Source of the DNA: a virus
Lineage: Duplodnaviria > Caudoviricetes
Length of the DNA stretch: 36,945 bases
Reading direction: 5' to 3' (one strand)
IMG/VR virus record: IMGVR_UViG_3300029216_000023
Location: 1 to 36,945 of that record
Shown here: in pieces, positions 25,895-34,594 of the stretch
Layout: each line of letters begins with the position of its first letter
How positions within the stretch are numbered: position 1 is the stretch's first letter
Notes under the pieces: model-generated
What the model was told of the DNA's origin: nothing
Database searches by the model: none
What the model saw: only the letters and a program-made list of their open reading frames with translations
Position numbers and translations under genes: made by a program

Positions 25895-26435
25895 TGCCCA
25901 TTCCTTTTATCACAAAATCAGGGAGCCCGGGAACAGCCTTTCCGGCATTATTTTTATCCCATTCCTGACGGGCTTTTTCCAGGGGATCAACGCCCCGTTG
26001 CGTGGGCCTTTGTCCTTGGGATTCCTGCTGGCGAATTGTTTTTTCCTGCCCGGCATCCTCGCGATCCGCAAGCTCCCAGACAATTTGTTTTAAATAATTA
26101 TGGTTTGGCATGGGGAGCCTGAGACTATCCCGGCGCTCCACCATCTGTTCCATGGCAAGAGCCCATATCCCTGGGGGACAAGGCCGTGCGACCTTGCCCT
26201 GCACCTGAATATGTCCAGTTGTTACGAGCACGGCCAATTCATTCACCAGCCGTTTTGCCTTTTTCCAGGTGAGTGCCCGTTTCCCGGGCCTGAAAAGGGA
26301 GACATAGCCGATTGTGGACCCGGGAAGAGGGTGGGGAAGACTCACAATAGCTGCCATGGTCTCACGACACAGGGCATCGTTTAACCAGATCTCGGCACTG
26401 GCTACGCTTCCGCATCCTGGACAGATGAGTTTCAT
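25881..26435 (-). CDS. Mu-like early protein with N-terminal CxxC
   Basis: MKLICPGCG...YVSLFRP.KRAL.W...NHNYLKQI; ATGA-coupled start at 26435. Confidence 0.75.
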   Translation of the reverse strand: MKLICPGCGSVASAEIWLNDALCRETMAAIVSLPHPLPGSTIGYVSLFRPGKRALTWKKAKRLVNELAVLVTTGHIQVQGKVARPCPPGIWALAMEQMVERRDSLRLPMPNHNYLKQIVWELADREDAGQEKTIRQQESQGQRPTQRGVDPLEKARQEWDKNNAGKAVPGLPDFVIKGMGNEKD

Positions 26436-26608
26436 ACATTTCCCCATCGGCACATCTGCCCTTTTTTATCCTTACACCAGTCACCACGGGCCTTTCTGCA
26501 CCAGGCAACAGGGCAAAGGTCTTTGGCGCCATAGGCTTTGCAGCCCGACAACCCAACCATGATCTCTGGAGCATTTTGGCTGGTTTCTGTATCCTTACTC
26601 TTCGCCAT
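26432..26608 (-). CDS. 58-aa Cys-rich protein (not in the ORF track)
   Basis: MAKSKDTE...GCKAYGAKDLCPVAWCRKARGDWCKDKKGQMCRWGNV; stop overlaps the next ATG. Confidence 0.55.
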   Translation of the reverse strand: MAKSKDTETSQNAPEIMVGLSGCKAYGAKDLCPVAWCRKARGDWCKDKKGQMCRWGNV

Positions 26609-26843
26609 AGCTCACGATATCCCATTCATGGAGGTTACCAGCAATTTGTCCTTCATCCGGGATGGTGATATCCTCGCCAGGTACAAACTTATATTGTTTC
26701 ACCCCTGCCCGAAGATACATTCCGATATTTTTCTTAATCTCTGCAATGGTCGTGTGGAGTTTGAGGCCGTCCAGGAGCTCATTTAGATCAACTTCAACCT
26801 GGATACTTACGCTCAATTTGTATGGTTTAAAATCTCGTTTCAT
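26595..26843 (-). CDS. Hypothetical protein
   Basis: 82 aa in the early operon, just downstream of the ribozyme. Confidence 0.6.
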   Translation of the reverse strand: MKRDFKPYKLSVSIQVEVDLNELLDGLKLHTTIAEIKKNIGMYLRAGVKQYKFVPGEDITIPDEGQIAGNLHEWDIVSYGEE

Positions 26844-26871
26844 TTTTTATTGTCTCTACGAATGCTAAGCT

Positions 26872-26929
26872 GGCATCATCAGGCCGGAGCCACTACGCTC
26901 CGACGATCCCGCAACTGCGGGATTTCGCC
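26872..26929 (-). ncRNA. Hammerhead ribozyme, type II
   Basis: GGC-GAAA-UCCCGCA/UGCGGGA-UC^-GUCGGAGC/GCUCCGGC-CUGAUGA-U-GCC; all core nucleotides present. Confidence 0.85.
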
Positions 26930-26935
26930 TCAATC

Positions 26936-27130
26936 TCAACAATTACATGCAATGGCAGAGTAATTGCATCGTACCATCTGCCCACGATCGCCATTGTAAA
27001 GTCCATGATAATGCGGACAGGAAAACGTCATCATCTTACCCTGTGTGATTTGTATAGCCTGACAATCCTCACCTACCGGGCACTCCGCCGTAATACTGTT
27101 GTGATTTATTGTTGCACTACGTAGTTTCAT
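26936..27130 (-). CDS. Small Cys/His-rich hypothetical protein
   Basis: 64 aa, RBS GGAGG, coupled to the upstream gene. Confidence 0.6.
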   Translation of the reverse strand: MKLRSATINHNSITAECPVGEDCQAIQITQGKMMTFSCPHYHGLYNGDRGQMVRCNYSAIACNC

Positions 27131-27309
27131 TTAGGTGCCTCCTCTGCATGAGCCTTGTTCAGCTCTGCAATGATAAGCTCGGCTTCTGTGCCCTCTATTT
27201 CTTTATGTCGCTCAAGCCATTCATAGAATTCACCGTAGCTGAATTCCAGATACTCAAGGACCAGCTGCAGGGCCGTATCTTTTTCCATATCACACCCCCG
27301 CAAGATCAA
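27127..27309 (-). CDS. Small acidic hypothetical protein
   Basis: Likely starts at MEKDT, just after the DUF3164 stop. Confidence 0.55.
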   Translation of the reverse strand: MILRGCDMEKDTALQLVLEYLEFSYGEFYEWLERHKEIEGTEAELIIAELNKAHAEEAPK

Positions 27310-27904
27310 GCCGCAAAGATTCCCATTCGGCGTCTTTATCTGCTTTGATTTGAAACATCAGATAACTGCGATTACCGGTGATGGTAATGGCCTCGGTGAT
27401 AAGATCCATGGCAGCTACCCACTCATTATCCTTTATCTTCAGCTTTCTGAGACCAAGAATCCGTTTTGTATCCACGTTCCCCTTCCGATCGACTTTAAAG
27501 GCATCGAAAACAACCACTTTAAAATTATCATTTGCGCCCTGGCTCCAACGCTCCAGACAGGCATCGATCTTCTTCTTGGCCAACTGCAGACGCTCGTCAA
27601 ACTCAATCACTTTGTTGACCTTAATCTGGATCCGCTTGTTGCCTGAAAAGCCAGTGAGCATATAGTTTCCACCTGGTGACAACGCGTCTTCTCCATGGCG
27701 ATGCGCAAGCCAGTCCAGGTATTTGCCGATATCAGCAAGCACGGCCTTTTTAAATTTGGCCATACGCTCCTGCAGGAGAAAGGCCTGCCGCAACTGTTTT
27801 TCCACCATCTGATCCCGTTTTTTTTCAACTGGATCTATATATTTAGGCGGTACCGGATTACCTGTGGCATCTATCCAGCGCCCCTTATCATCTTTAACAG
27901 GCAT
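27290..27904 (-). CDS. DUF3164 family protein
   Basis: WIDATG..VP, IEFDERLQLAKKKIDACL..WS, AFKVDRKG, ILGLRKLKI, AMDLI; RBS GGAGG before the ATG at 27904. Confidence 0.85.
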   Translation of the reverse strand: MPVKDDKGRWIDATGNPVPPKYIDPVEKKRDQMVEKQLRQAFLLQERMAKFKKAVLADIGKYLDWLAHRHGEDALSPGGNYMLTGFSGNKRIQIKVNKVIEFDERLQLAKKKIDACLERWSQGANDNFKVVVFDAFKVDRKGNVDTKRILGLRKLKIKDNEWVAAMDLITEAITITGNRSYLMFQIKADKDAEWESLRLDLAGV

Positions 27905-28259
27905 CAGATCCCTCCATGATAGCTCTTGCTTTGCGATCAAAATACACATGAGCACGGCGGACAAATATTTCAGCCAGCCTGCAGGCGTGCAGCAGCTCTA
28001 CATCGTTCATTGTATTGTTCTCGCCCAAATGGATACTGGCTTCTTCAATCAGCATGGTGAAACTAGACTGGGCCTCTTCCTGATACCCGTCGATTATTTG
28101 CCGGGTTCCCTGACCGCCTTCAAATAAAAAGGCCGCTCTTTCACGGATAGCGGAAATTTTGAGGTTTAATTCGTCAGATCCGCCCATGCAGAGCACTTCC
28201 TGTATATCACTAATATTGCCTAGTATTTGTCGGGCCGCTTCTTTTACTTGAGTATTCAT
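27894..28259 (-). CDS. Hypothetical protein
   Basis: 121 aa with RBS CAGGAG. Confidence 0.65.
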   Translation of the reverse strand: MNTQVKEAARQILGNISDIQEVLCMGGSDELNLKISAIRERAAFLFEGGQGTRQIIDGYQEEAQSSFTMLIEEASIHLGENNTMNDVELLHACRLAEIFVRRAHVYFDRKARAIMEGSDAC

Positions 28260-28278
28260 TTTATTTTTTAATCTCCTG

Positions 28279-28602
28279 TTAATTGCTTCTTAAATCACAT
28301 TTACGACATGCAATATAAAGCCTGCTAGTGGCTGGATTGCCCACACTCTTAACCCTGTGAGCACGTTCCCATTTAACGATACATAAAGCCGGTTCTATCT
28401 CGCCCAGAACAGAGCACTGAACCTTTCCACCATGGCCATACATAGCCATAATTCTTTTTTCGATATTTTCTGTACTGGCAGGATATTTATCATTTAAAAT
28501 CAGAGACAGGGTAGCCGCTGAAAGATTCAACTCACGTGCCACTTCAGAGCGCCCCTTGGCCTCGACTTTTCTCGCTAAAATCAGCATCCATGCATCACTC
28601 AT
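28279..28602 (-). CDS. HTH DNA-binding protein with C-terminal Cys cluster
   Basis: SEVARELNLSAATLSLILNDKY; CSVLGEI...C...CRKC. Confidence 0.8.
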   Translation of the reverse strand: MSDAWMLILARKVEAKGRSEVARELNLSAATLSLILNDKYPASTENIEKRIMAMYGHGGKVQCSVLGEIEPALCIVKWERAHRVKSVGNPATSRLYIACRKCDLRSN

Positions 28603-29098
28603 CGACTTTCTCCTTCAGTAACGGCCTGCTAAAATCGCGCAAACCTTTTGTCAGCGTATACACTTTCTGATGCCCATCGTTCCCTTTAACCTTCAAATAT
28701 CCGTCACGTTCCAACAGCTTTGTGTACGACTCAACACTCCCCATGCTAAGCCCTGTTGAGCGTATGAGATCTTTTCTGGTAAAAATCCGTTGTCTTCGGA
28801 TTGCTGTCCAGAGCTTATCTCTATTGGTTTGCCTCTTGGGTCTACGGGTAGGGCGATCAGACAATGGTTTTTCAAGAAGTTTCCACGTAGGATTCCGACG
28901 CGGCTTTCCAAATTCACCGCGGCACAGTTGGATTTTATTGTCTTCCACCTCTTCCGCATATCCCTCCCTGACCAGTTTATCCATTACCCGAAGGATCGGC
29001 TTTTTCGGCATTCCGATATTGTCCATTATCTGGATTACCGTTACTTTTTTTAACTTACAGCTCACAAGCCATCCCAGTACCGGTTCAAGAACTGTCAT
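28595..29098 (-). CDS. Tandem winged-helix protein downstream of B
   Basis: LWTAIRRQRIFT..DL...SYTKLLERDGYL pattern. Confidence 0.7.
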   Translation of the reverse strand: MTVLEPVLGWLVSCKLKKVTVIQIMDNIGMPKKPILRVMDKLVREGYAEEVEDNKIQLCRGEFGKPRRNPTWKLLEKPLSDRPTRRPKRQTNRDKLWTAIRRQRIFTRKDLIRSTGLSMGSVESYTKLLERDGYLKVKGNDGHQKVYTLTKGLRDFSRPLLKEKVDE

Positions 29099-29099
29099 G

Positions 29100-29786
29100 T
29101 TACTTCTCCTTGCAGGTCTGGAGGTGAGCTGCGCTTATTTCATCAATCCCATTCCGTCTGGCAAGCCCTTCAACTTTCGAGAACCATTGCATGGAAAGTC
29201 GCAGCCTGCCTTTGCTTCGCTCTTTGATAAAGCTGATACCGTCAGCACTGATCCGTACCTCACAGACTTGTTCGGCTAGTTTGGTAAGCTCCTTATTATC
29301 AAAGAGATTAAAACGGACAATTGCGGTGATCCGATCGTACAAATGCTGATAGGCTCTGACATTGGCAAGGGTTTCTTCCATTCCCATAAGGAGTATGGGG
29401 AAATTGGTCACATCGTTGAGATCCCGGATAACTTCAATAGCACCGGATTTGGTCAGATAATCGACTTCATCAAGGATCATGATGCCGTTTCGTTCCACCA
29501 GCTCATCTTCTGCCTGCCGGAACAGATCCTCGGCCCGAAACTTGGCGGCAAGACCAAGCTCACCAACGATATTCTCAAGAAGAGAACGCCGTGAAGTAAT
29601 ATCCTTGCATCGAATATAGGGGACATCATGCTGCTGTGCGTACCATTGGCCAGTCTCAGTCTTTCCGGTACCAGGCGGGCCATAGGCAAGCATCAACCCT
29701 GTGCGGCCCCGTACTGCTGTGGTGAGGGTTTCAACACCTGCTAAAAAGCGCTGAACGTTCCCCGTTATTGCAAAAACATCTTTCAT
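29100..29786 (-). CDS. Transposition AAA+ ATPase (MuB-like)
   Basis: Walker A GPPGTGKT, Walker B ILDEVD; adjacent to the transposase. Confidence 0.92.
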   Translation of the reverse strand: MKDVFAITGNVQRFLAGVETLTTAVRGRTGLMLAYGPPGTGKTETGQWYAQQHDVPYIRCKDITSRRSLLENIVGELGLAAKFRAEDLFRQAEDELVERNGIMILDEVDYLTKSGAIEVIRDLNDVTNFPILLMGMEETLANVRAYQHLYDRITAIVRFNLFDNKELTKLAEQVCEVRISADGISFIKERSKGRLRLSMQWFSKVEGLARRNGIDEISAAHLQTCKEK

Positions 29787-29868
29787 CGTTTACTCTTCCT
29801 CCTGTAAGTTGTTTTATCTGTCGTAAGACAGCTGGCTGTTGAATGCGCACTATTCAACAGCCTTTTTT

Positions 29869-32124
29869 TTATTGTTCTGCCTGGGCCTCCTTAAGACCCG
29901 CTGTAACTCTGAAATCACCCTCCAGCAGCATAAAGCTCTTACCGCTGGTGGTAGCGTAATAAGTGGTGAGAAAATCGTATTCTGTACGATTGAGTTTTCT
30001 ATCTGTACTCTGCACCCGTTCTCTGATCCCCTGATAAATCTCGGTATCACTCTGGATCAGCTGCATGACCTTTCCCTTTTTGGGCTTTACTGTCTCTGCC
30101 CGGGCAGGATCTATTTCGATATTCAAGTCGTCTGCCTGGTTGTCCATGCCTTCCTGGGCACTTTGCTCGGCAATTACAGCTTTAGCGGCACGTTCTGCCT
30201 CTTCAAGACCTGTGGTAGTGTAATCGACGGTTTTCTGTGGCAGCTCGACAATGTTATCCACCTGGGATTTACGGCGTTCCATGTACTCTTTATAGGCGTT
30301 TTTCGTGCCCAGCTCTTTGGCCTTTTTGGTAAGCTCCCGTTTGGATGCCTTGATAAATTTCATCTGATGCCGTTTGCTCATGCTGGCAAATTCGGCCTTA
30401 TCAATGCCGTACCAATCGGGGTTAATGCCGATACAGAGAAATCGCATTTCACCTAATGTATCTTTCTGGTAAAGGTAAATGGTGCCCATGTCGGTGGGAT
30501 CCAGAAGCACTTTTACCTGACCCTTATGCTCTGTCATCTCCACGGAATGGTAATATTTGCCGTCAACCTTCACGCCTTTCTTGCCGATTTTCCGCTTGCC
30601 GCCATCCGTGGGCGCCTGCATAAGAAGCATATCCAGTGCCCGCATATTAGAAATATGCCGGATGGGTTTATTCCATGCCCGTACCATCTCAATGGGCTTT
30701 TTCCCGTTCAGACCACCGTGTTTATCATGGTGGTAAATATATTCTGTCCATTCATCACAGATCCTTTGTAATTCCTCAGAACTGATATTTGCCTCAACCG
30801 GATCTCCTCCTTTCTTCATGATCCGATCGGCAAAACTGCGCCTGGCTTCAATGGCCTGTCGTTCACTGACATTATGACCAATATATTCTGGCATCATCTC
30901 TACAATGGAGTGAAGAAAGGTCTTAAAAACTCGTTCGGAATGAGGCTTTTCCTCACCGCTAAAGGGCTTGCAGAATATCTGTTCAACACCAAGACCCTTA
31001 ATCACCTGGCGCAAATATTTGCTTTTATAATCCTGTCCGTTATCTGTCTTGATGATTTCCGGGACACCCCAGTCAATAATGCAACGACGAGTGAGGGCTG
31101 CAATAGCAGAGGCCTTGGAGGTCTTGCACACATGGAATTTCACTCGACGCGAGAAGATATCAATGGTGTTAATCAGGTTATACCTACCATCTGTAAGCAT
31201 AAGGTCAGCAGGAGTGGAATCCGCTTCCCACATTTGATTGAGGCGGATGATAGTCTCGCTTGCAGATCCGTAGGCAACCATGCTGTGATTCTTCCACTTA
31301 TCAGGGTTTGTCAGGTGTTCGTATTGCATCCTGTGGTCACGGATCCATTTCTCGTAATAACGGTTTATCACTGCGTAACTGGGTATGCTAAAACCGAAAT
31401 GCCCCTGGAGCCCCTTTTCTATATTTGTAACTTTGATCATCGGGTTATCGGTAACCAGGCCCACAATATATTCTTTGTGATCTTTACTGAGGCTGCTCTT
31501 GCCTTTATTCGGGTTGTGATAGTTGTTTACAAGGCCGATTAAACCAAGTTTATCGTATGATTTACGCCATCTGTTTAAGGTCGAATAACTGATCTTTTCG
31601 CCCACCACCTGATGGATATCGTCTCCTAAATTGATGTGCCCGCCGTTGTAATTTTCGATAAAGACCAGGCTTCCTTTTTTGCTGTGAGTTGATCCCTTTC
31701 GGATTTTATATCTTGCAGCCAGAACAAAGTTGCTGCAGGCTGAAAGAAAGTCGTGCCGTGCCCAGGCTTCAGCTTTGCGCATTTCTGGCTGATGATCAAA
31801 GACTGCAAGACCATCTTCTTTAGCCATTTGCAGGCGTTCTTTTTCTTCTGCAGCATCTTCAAGCATTTTGTGGGCAGCAGCTGTGCCGACCTGGGCGGCT
31901 TTATTTTGAAGATTAAGATCCTCAGTTGCGGGTGTGGCTTTATCTTTAGCCAGGTCGAAACGCAGATTCCTGGGTAGATTGGAGGCAAAATAGCGTTTTT
32001 CTTTGCCGCTTATCCCGTTGTGCCAGATAAAAGGAGTCTCGTTTTTATCCAGTTTCCGCTGAACAGACGTACGGTGTATGCCTGTTGCGGTTGAGATCCT
32101 GGCCAGAGTGACAGTTTGCTTCAT
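29869..32124 (-). CDS. DDE transposase (MuA-like)
   Basis: 751 aa; N-terminal HTH, WEADSTPAD, KTDNGQDY, KPHSERVF catalytic triad; C-terminal VLLDPTDMGTIYL. Confidence 0.95.
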   Translation of the reverse strand: MKQTVTLARISTATGIHRTSVQRKLDKNETPFIWHNGISGKEKRYFASNLPRNLRFDLAKDKATPATEDLNLQNKAAQVGTAAAHKMLEDAAEEKERLQMAKEDGLAVFDHQPEMRKAEAWARHDFLSACSNFVLAARYKIRKGSTHSKKGSLVFIENYNGGHINLGDDIHQVVGEKISYSTLNRWRKSYDKLGLIGLVNNYHNPNKGKSSLSKDHKEYIVGLVTDNPMIKVTNIEKGLQGHFGFSIPSYAVINRYYEKWIRDHRMQYEHLTNPDKWKNHSMVAYGSASETIIRLNQMWEADSTPADLMLTDGRYNLINTIDIFSRRVKFHVCKTSKASAIAALTRRCIIDWGVPEIIKTDNGQDYKSKYLRQVIKGLGVEQIFCKPFSGEEKPHSERVFKTFLHSIVEMMPEYIGHNVSERQAIEARRSFADRIMKKGGDPVEANISSEELQRICDEWTEYIYHHDKHGGLNGKKPIEMVRAWNKPIRHISNMRALDMLLMQAPTDGGKRKIGKKGVKVDGKYYHSVEMTEHKGQVKVLLDPTDMGTIYLYQKDTLGEMRFLCIGINPDWYGIDKAEFASMSKRHQMKFIKASKRELTKKAKELGTKNAYKEYMERRKSQVDNIVELPQKTVDYTTTGLEEAERAAKAVIAEQSAQEGMDNQADDLNIEIDPARAETVKPKKGKVMQLIQSDTEIYQGIRERVQSTDRKLNRTEYDFLTTYYATTSGKSFMLLEGDFRVTAGLKEAQAEQ

Positions 32125-32134
32125 GGCTTAGATC

Positions 32135-32818
32135 CTAAAGTTCATCGATTGCGGCAAGCAGGTTCTGTAAACAGTCTCGCACCATATCCTTGCTGGTGTG
32201 GCGCCAGTTTGATTGCATTTCATGTTCGATTGTTTTAAGCATGCCCCGGTACGATTGATCCATCTTGGGTGATATATTTTGGCCGTGCTCTTTTACGGCT
32301 TTTGGGGTCAGCTTTTCTTTGGCTTCGTCGAGCTTTTTGCGGAATTCTTCGCCTTTGTATTCTCGCACGCAGCGGGCGACCAGGGCGGCTGTTATTTTGG
32401 TATTTTCTGATCTGGAAGTCTGGATGGTTTGGTTCCAGATTATTGTTTGTTCTTTGGTTGTGATGGAGGTTAGGGGGCGGCATTGGGCTTCGTTGGTGGG
32501 GAGATCTTCTTGTTTAAAACCTGCGCAATTGCGCAGGTTTTCGGGTGAGTCATTTCCTGACCAATTGGTCAGGTTTTCAAAAACCAATGCCGCGTTAACA
32601 AGACGGTAAAGTTGTCGTTCGATTAGACCCCATACTTCATTTCCATAGATTTCAAAGGTATCAGCCTGCAGGCGGTACAGTTTTTCTGCCTGGATTTTAG
32701 CAAGAGCCATACCGACTTCATAAAAACCACGTCGATGAGCATCAATAACACTCTCCAACTCTTTCAGCTTCTTCTCTTCCCGCACACTCAAAGGCTTAAT
32801 ATTCACTGCACCGCTCAT
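32135..32818 (-). CDS. Putative DNA-binding early protein with tandem palindromic inserts
   Basis: FYEVGMALAKIQ..KLYR...TFE.Y...W; LPTNEAQCRPL; KITAALV. Confidence 0.75.
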   Translation of the reverse strand: MSGAVNIKPLSVREEKKLKELESVIDAHRRGFYEVGMALAKIQAEKLYRLQADTFEIYGNEVWGLIERQLYRLVNAALVFENLTNWSGNDSPENLRNCAGFKQEDLPTNEAQCRPLTSITTKEQTIIWNQTIQTSRSENTKITAALVARCVREYKGEEFRKKLDEAKEKLTPKAVKEHGQNISPKMDQSYRGMLKTIEHEMQSNWRHTSKDMVRDCLQNLLAAIDEL

Positions 32819-33123
32819 TCTTCGCTCCTTTGCTCTTCCTTAATTTTTAATTGTTCCACCAGCTCCAAACTCTCCACCAAGGTAAAGAATCGAAACCTGT
32901 ATCCTTCCTTCTGCCGCCACCGGCCGTTGATCCTTAACCGGTAATATTCAGTCCAGTATTCCATCCCTCTCATCGGGCACCATGGGTACCTGTTCCGCTT
33001 GCCGATCCTGGCTGTTATTTTCCACTGCCTGGCCAGGAAAAGTTCAATTCTAAGTAGTTTCCTGCCATTTATTCCAGCAATCCAAAACCGCCAGATAGCA
33101 TCAGGTACACGTTCTTCGCTCAT
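32815..33123 (-). CDS. Hypothetical basic protein
   Basis: 102 aa, YRLRINGRW; coupled to the downstream gene. Confidence 0.65.
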   Translation of the reverse strand: MSEERVPDAIWRFWIAGINGRKLLRIELFLARQWKITARIGKRNRYPWCPMRGMEYWTEYYRLRINGRWRQKEGYRFRFFTLVESLELVEQLKIKEEQRSEE

Positions 33124-33135
33124 GATTCTGGATTG

Positions 33136-33603
33136 TTATCCCTCCATCTCCTCAAGAAAGCGCATTCGTTTACGCTTCTCAGCTCGGGCCTTGCTTTCCT
33201 GCTCAGTAAACTTCTGTATCTCTGCTCGTAATGCCTCAGGTCCAGGCATGGCAAACATATCTCCATGTTCTGCAACCAGCCTGATCGGCTCCCGATCTCC
33301 GGTCACGCGGCAGAAAGCAGGTAAATACTCAGCAGGTATCCTGTTCAGCTCTTTGGACTCTGCAGTCCACGAATCTATGGTTGTTTTGGAAACTTCATGG
33401 CCAAGAAGATGGCTCATTTCACCGGCTATCTGAAATCTCTTAAGGGGGCACTGCCTGATAGCTGTAATAAGGGCAAGCCGGAGTTTATTCGCAATATTCA
33501 ACTCTCCCTCTTCTGCTGGCTCCTGCTCACTGACAGCAACACGCTTCAACACGTCAAACAAGCTCATCTGCCGTTTATCTATTTTCTTTTTACGCTTAGA
33601 CAT
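33136..33603 (-). CDS. Phage regulatory protein (CII-like fold suspected)
   Basis: QMSLFD, IAGEMSHLLGHEVSKTTIDSWTAESK, IPAEYLPAFC. Confidence 0.7.
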   Translation of the reverse strand: MSKRKKKIDKRQMSLFDVLKRVAVSEQEPAEEGELNIANKLRLALITAIRQCPLKRFQIAGEMSHLLGHEVSKTTIDSWTAESKELNRIPAEYLPAFCRVTGDREPIRLVAEHGDMFAMPGPEALRAEIQKFTEQESKARAEKRKRMRFLEEMEG

Positions 33604-33943
33604 TGCAGACGGCCTGTTTTTCCGGTAATCTGCCATTGTGTAGAAAAACTTGCTGTAAATCCCGCTCTTTCTTCCTGGCTTGAGCCTTGATTTCCTTTCG
33701 GATCAGCCCTAGCAGACGTGAGTGTGATTTGGCACCCCAGGCCTGCTCATAGCTTAGGCCAAGCCGGACAGCCACAGCTTGCTGTACCGCCCTATTATTA
33801 TAGGTGCCAAAGGAACCATCCCTATGTCTGTACCTGGTGCCCTTCACAACCTTCTGTACATGGTGGTAACCGTGACCAACGTCTTTGGCTATGCAACGGA
33901 CAGACAAGCCGCGTAATTTGATTAGTTTTTGTAAATTATTCAT
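33596..33943 (-). CDS. Ner/Cro-like HTH repressor
   Basis: LRGLSVRCIAKDVG...QQAVAVRLGLSYEQAWG; near the start of the early operon, divergent from CI. Confidence 0.7.
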   Translation of the reverse strand: MNNLQKLIKLRGLSVRCIAKDVGHGYHHVQKVVKGTRYRHRDGSFGTYNNRAVQQAVAVRLGLSYEQAWGAKSHSRLLGLIRKEIKAQARKKERDLQQVFLHNGRLPEKQAVCNV

Positions 33944-33985
33944 TTTTTTTTAAAAAATTTAAACACCTGTTAATAAGGATCAATC

Positions 33986-34177
33986 ATGCCTGAAGAGAAA
34001 AAACTTGAACACGCCGTGACCCTTGCTTCAGCCTTTATCAAAAACGGAGATATTCGCATTCAAAACGCACCAATACGCGAGGATTCTAATCCTTTGCTCG
34101 TGCTGGAAACTCTAATCGTTGAAATTTACAAGGCACTCGGCAAGGTCGACGAATGTCTTGCTGACTTTGACGATTAG
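33986..34177 (+). CDS. Small hypothetical protein antisense to the early operon
   Basis: 63 aa with RBS AAGGA and plausible composition. Confidence 0.55.
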   Translation: MPEEKKLEHAVTLASAFIKNGDIRIQNAPIREDSNPLLVLETLIVEIYKALGKVDECLADFDD

Positions 34178-34490
34178 GCGTAAAAATAGTCAGGCCTCCC
34201 ATCCCGGCAGGACAGCTTGCTGGGATAAAAATAGATTCTCCGGGGCTAAGTAGCACGCAAGAGACCTTTGGCGGAAATTGGCGACAACGGTAAGGAATAG
34301 CAATCTCGTTCCATTGTTCCACCAGCCAAAAGAGTTCATCGCGCAGTGCTTCAACTCCTCCATACTCCTTGGCGAATGTACTTTTGGTGCGGCCATATTT
34401 ATAATCAGATGCCGCATAACAAATCATAGTAGCAAGGTCAAAGCCCTCGTCTTGAAGCGCTTCGGTTCTTTCACTTGGCTTAGTTTTCAT
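34086..34490 (-). CDS. Hypothetical protein, first gene of the early operon
   Basis: RBS AGAGG; C-terminus overlaps the + strand ORF, so its 3' part is doubtful. Confidence 0.45.
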   Translation of the reverse strand: MKTKPSERTEALQDEGFDLATMICYAASDYKYGRTKSTFAKEYGGVEALRDELFWLVEQWNEIAIPYRCRQFPPKVSCVLLSPGESIFIPASCPAGMGGLTIFTPNRQSQQDIRRPCRVPCKFQRLEFPARAKD

Positions 34491-34548
34491 GTGACCTCTT
34501 TTTTTTGTTTTTGGTGTGTCTAGTAAAACTTAATCTATAGACAGGGTA

Positions 34549-34594
34549 AACGATACCGTTAGCGATGTCAAATATAAACAACGATACAGTTAGC
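34549..34594. promoter_or_regulatory. Putative operators of the immunity switch
   Basis: AACGATACCGTTAGC (34549-34563) and AACGATACAGTTAGC (34580-34594), between and overlapping the divergent starts. Confidence 0.5.

Noticed and set aside
26362-26625. 87-aa ORF from the track
   Set aside because: It overlaps neighbours extensively; frame 26432-26608 fits the operon with ATGA coupling
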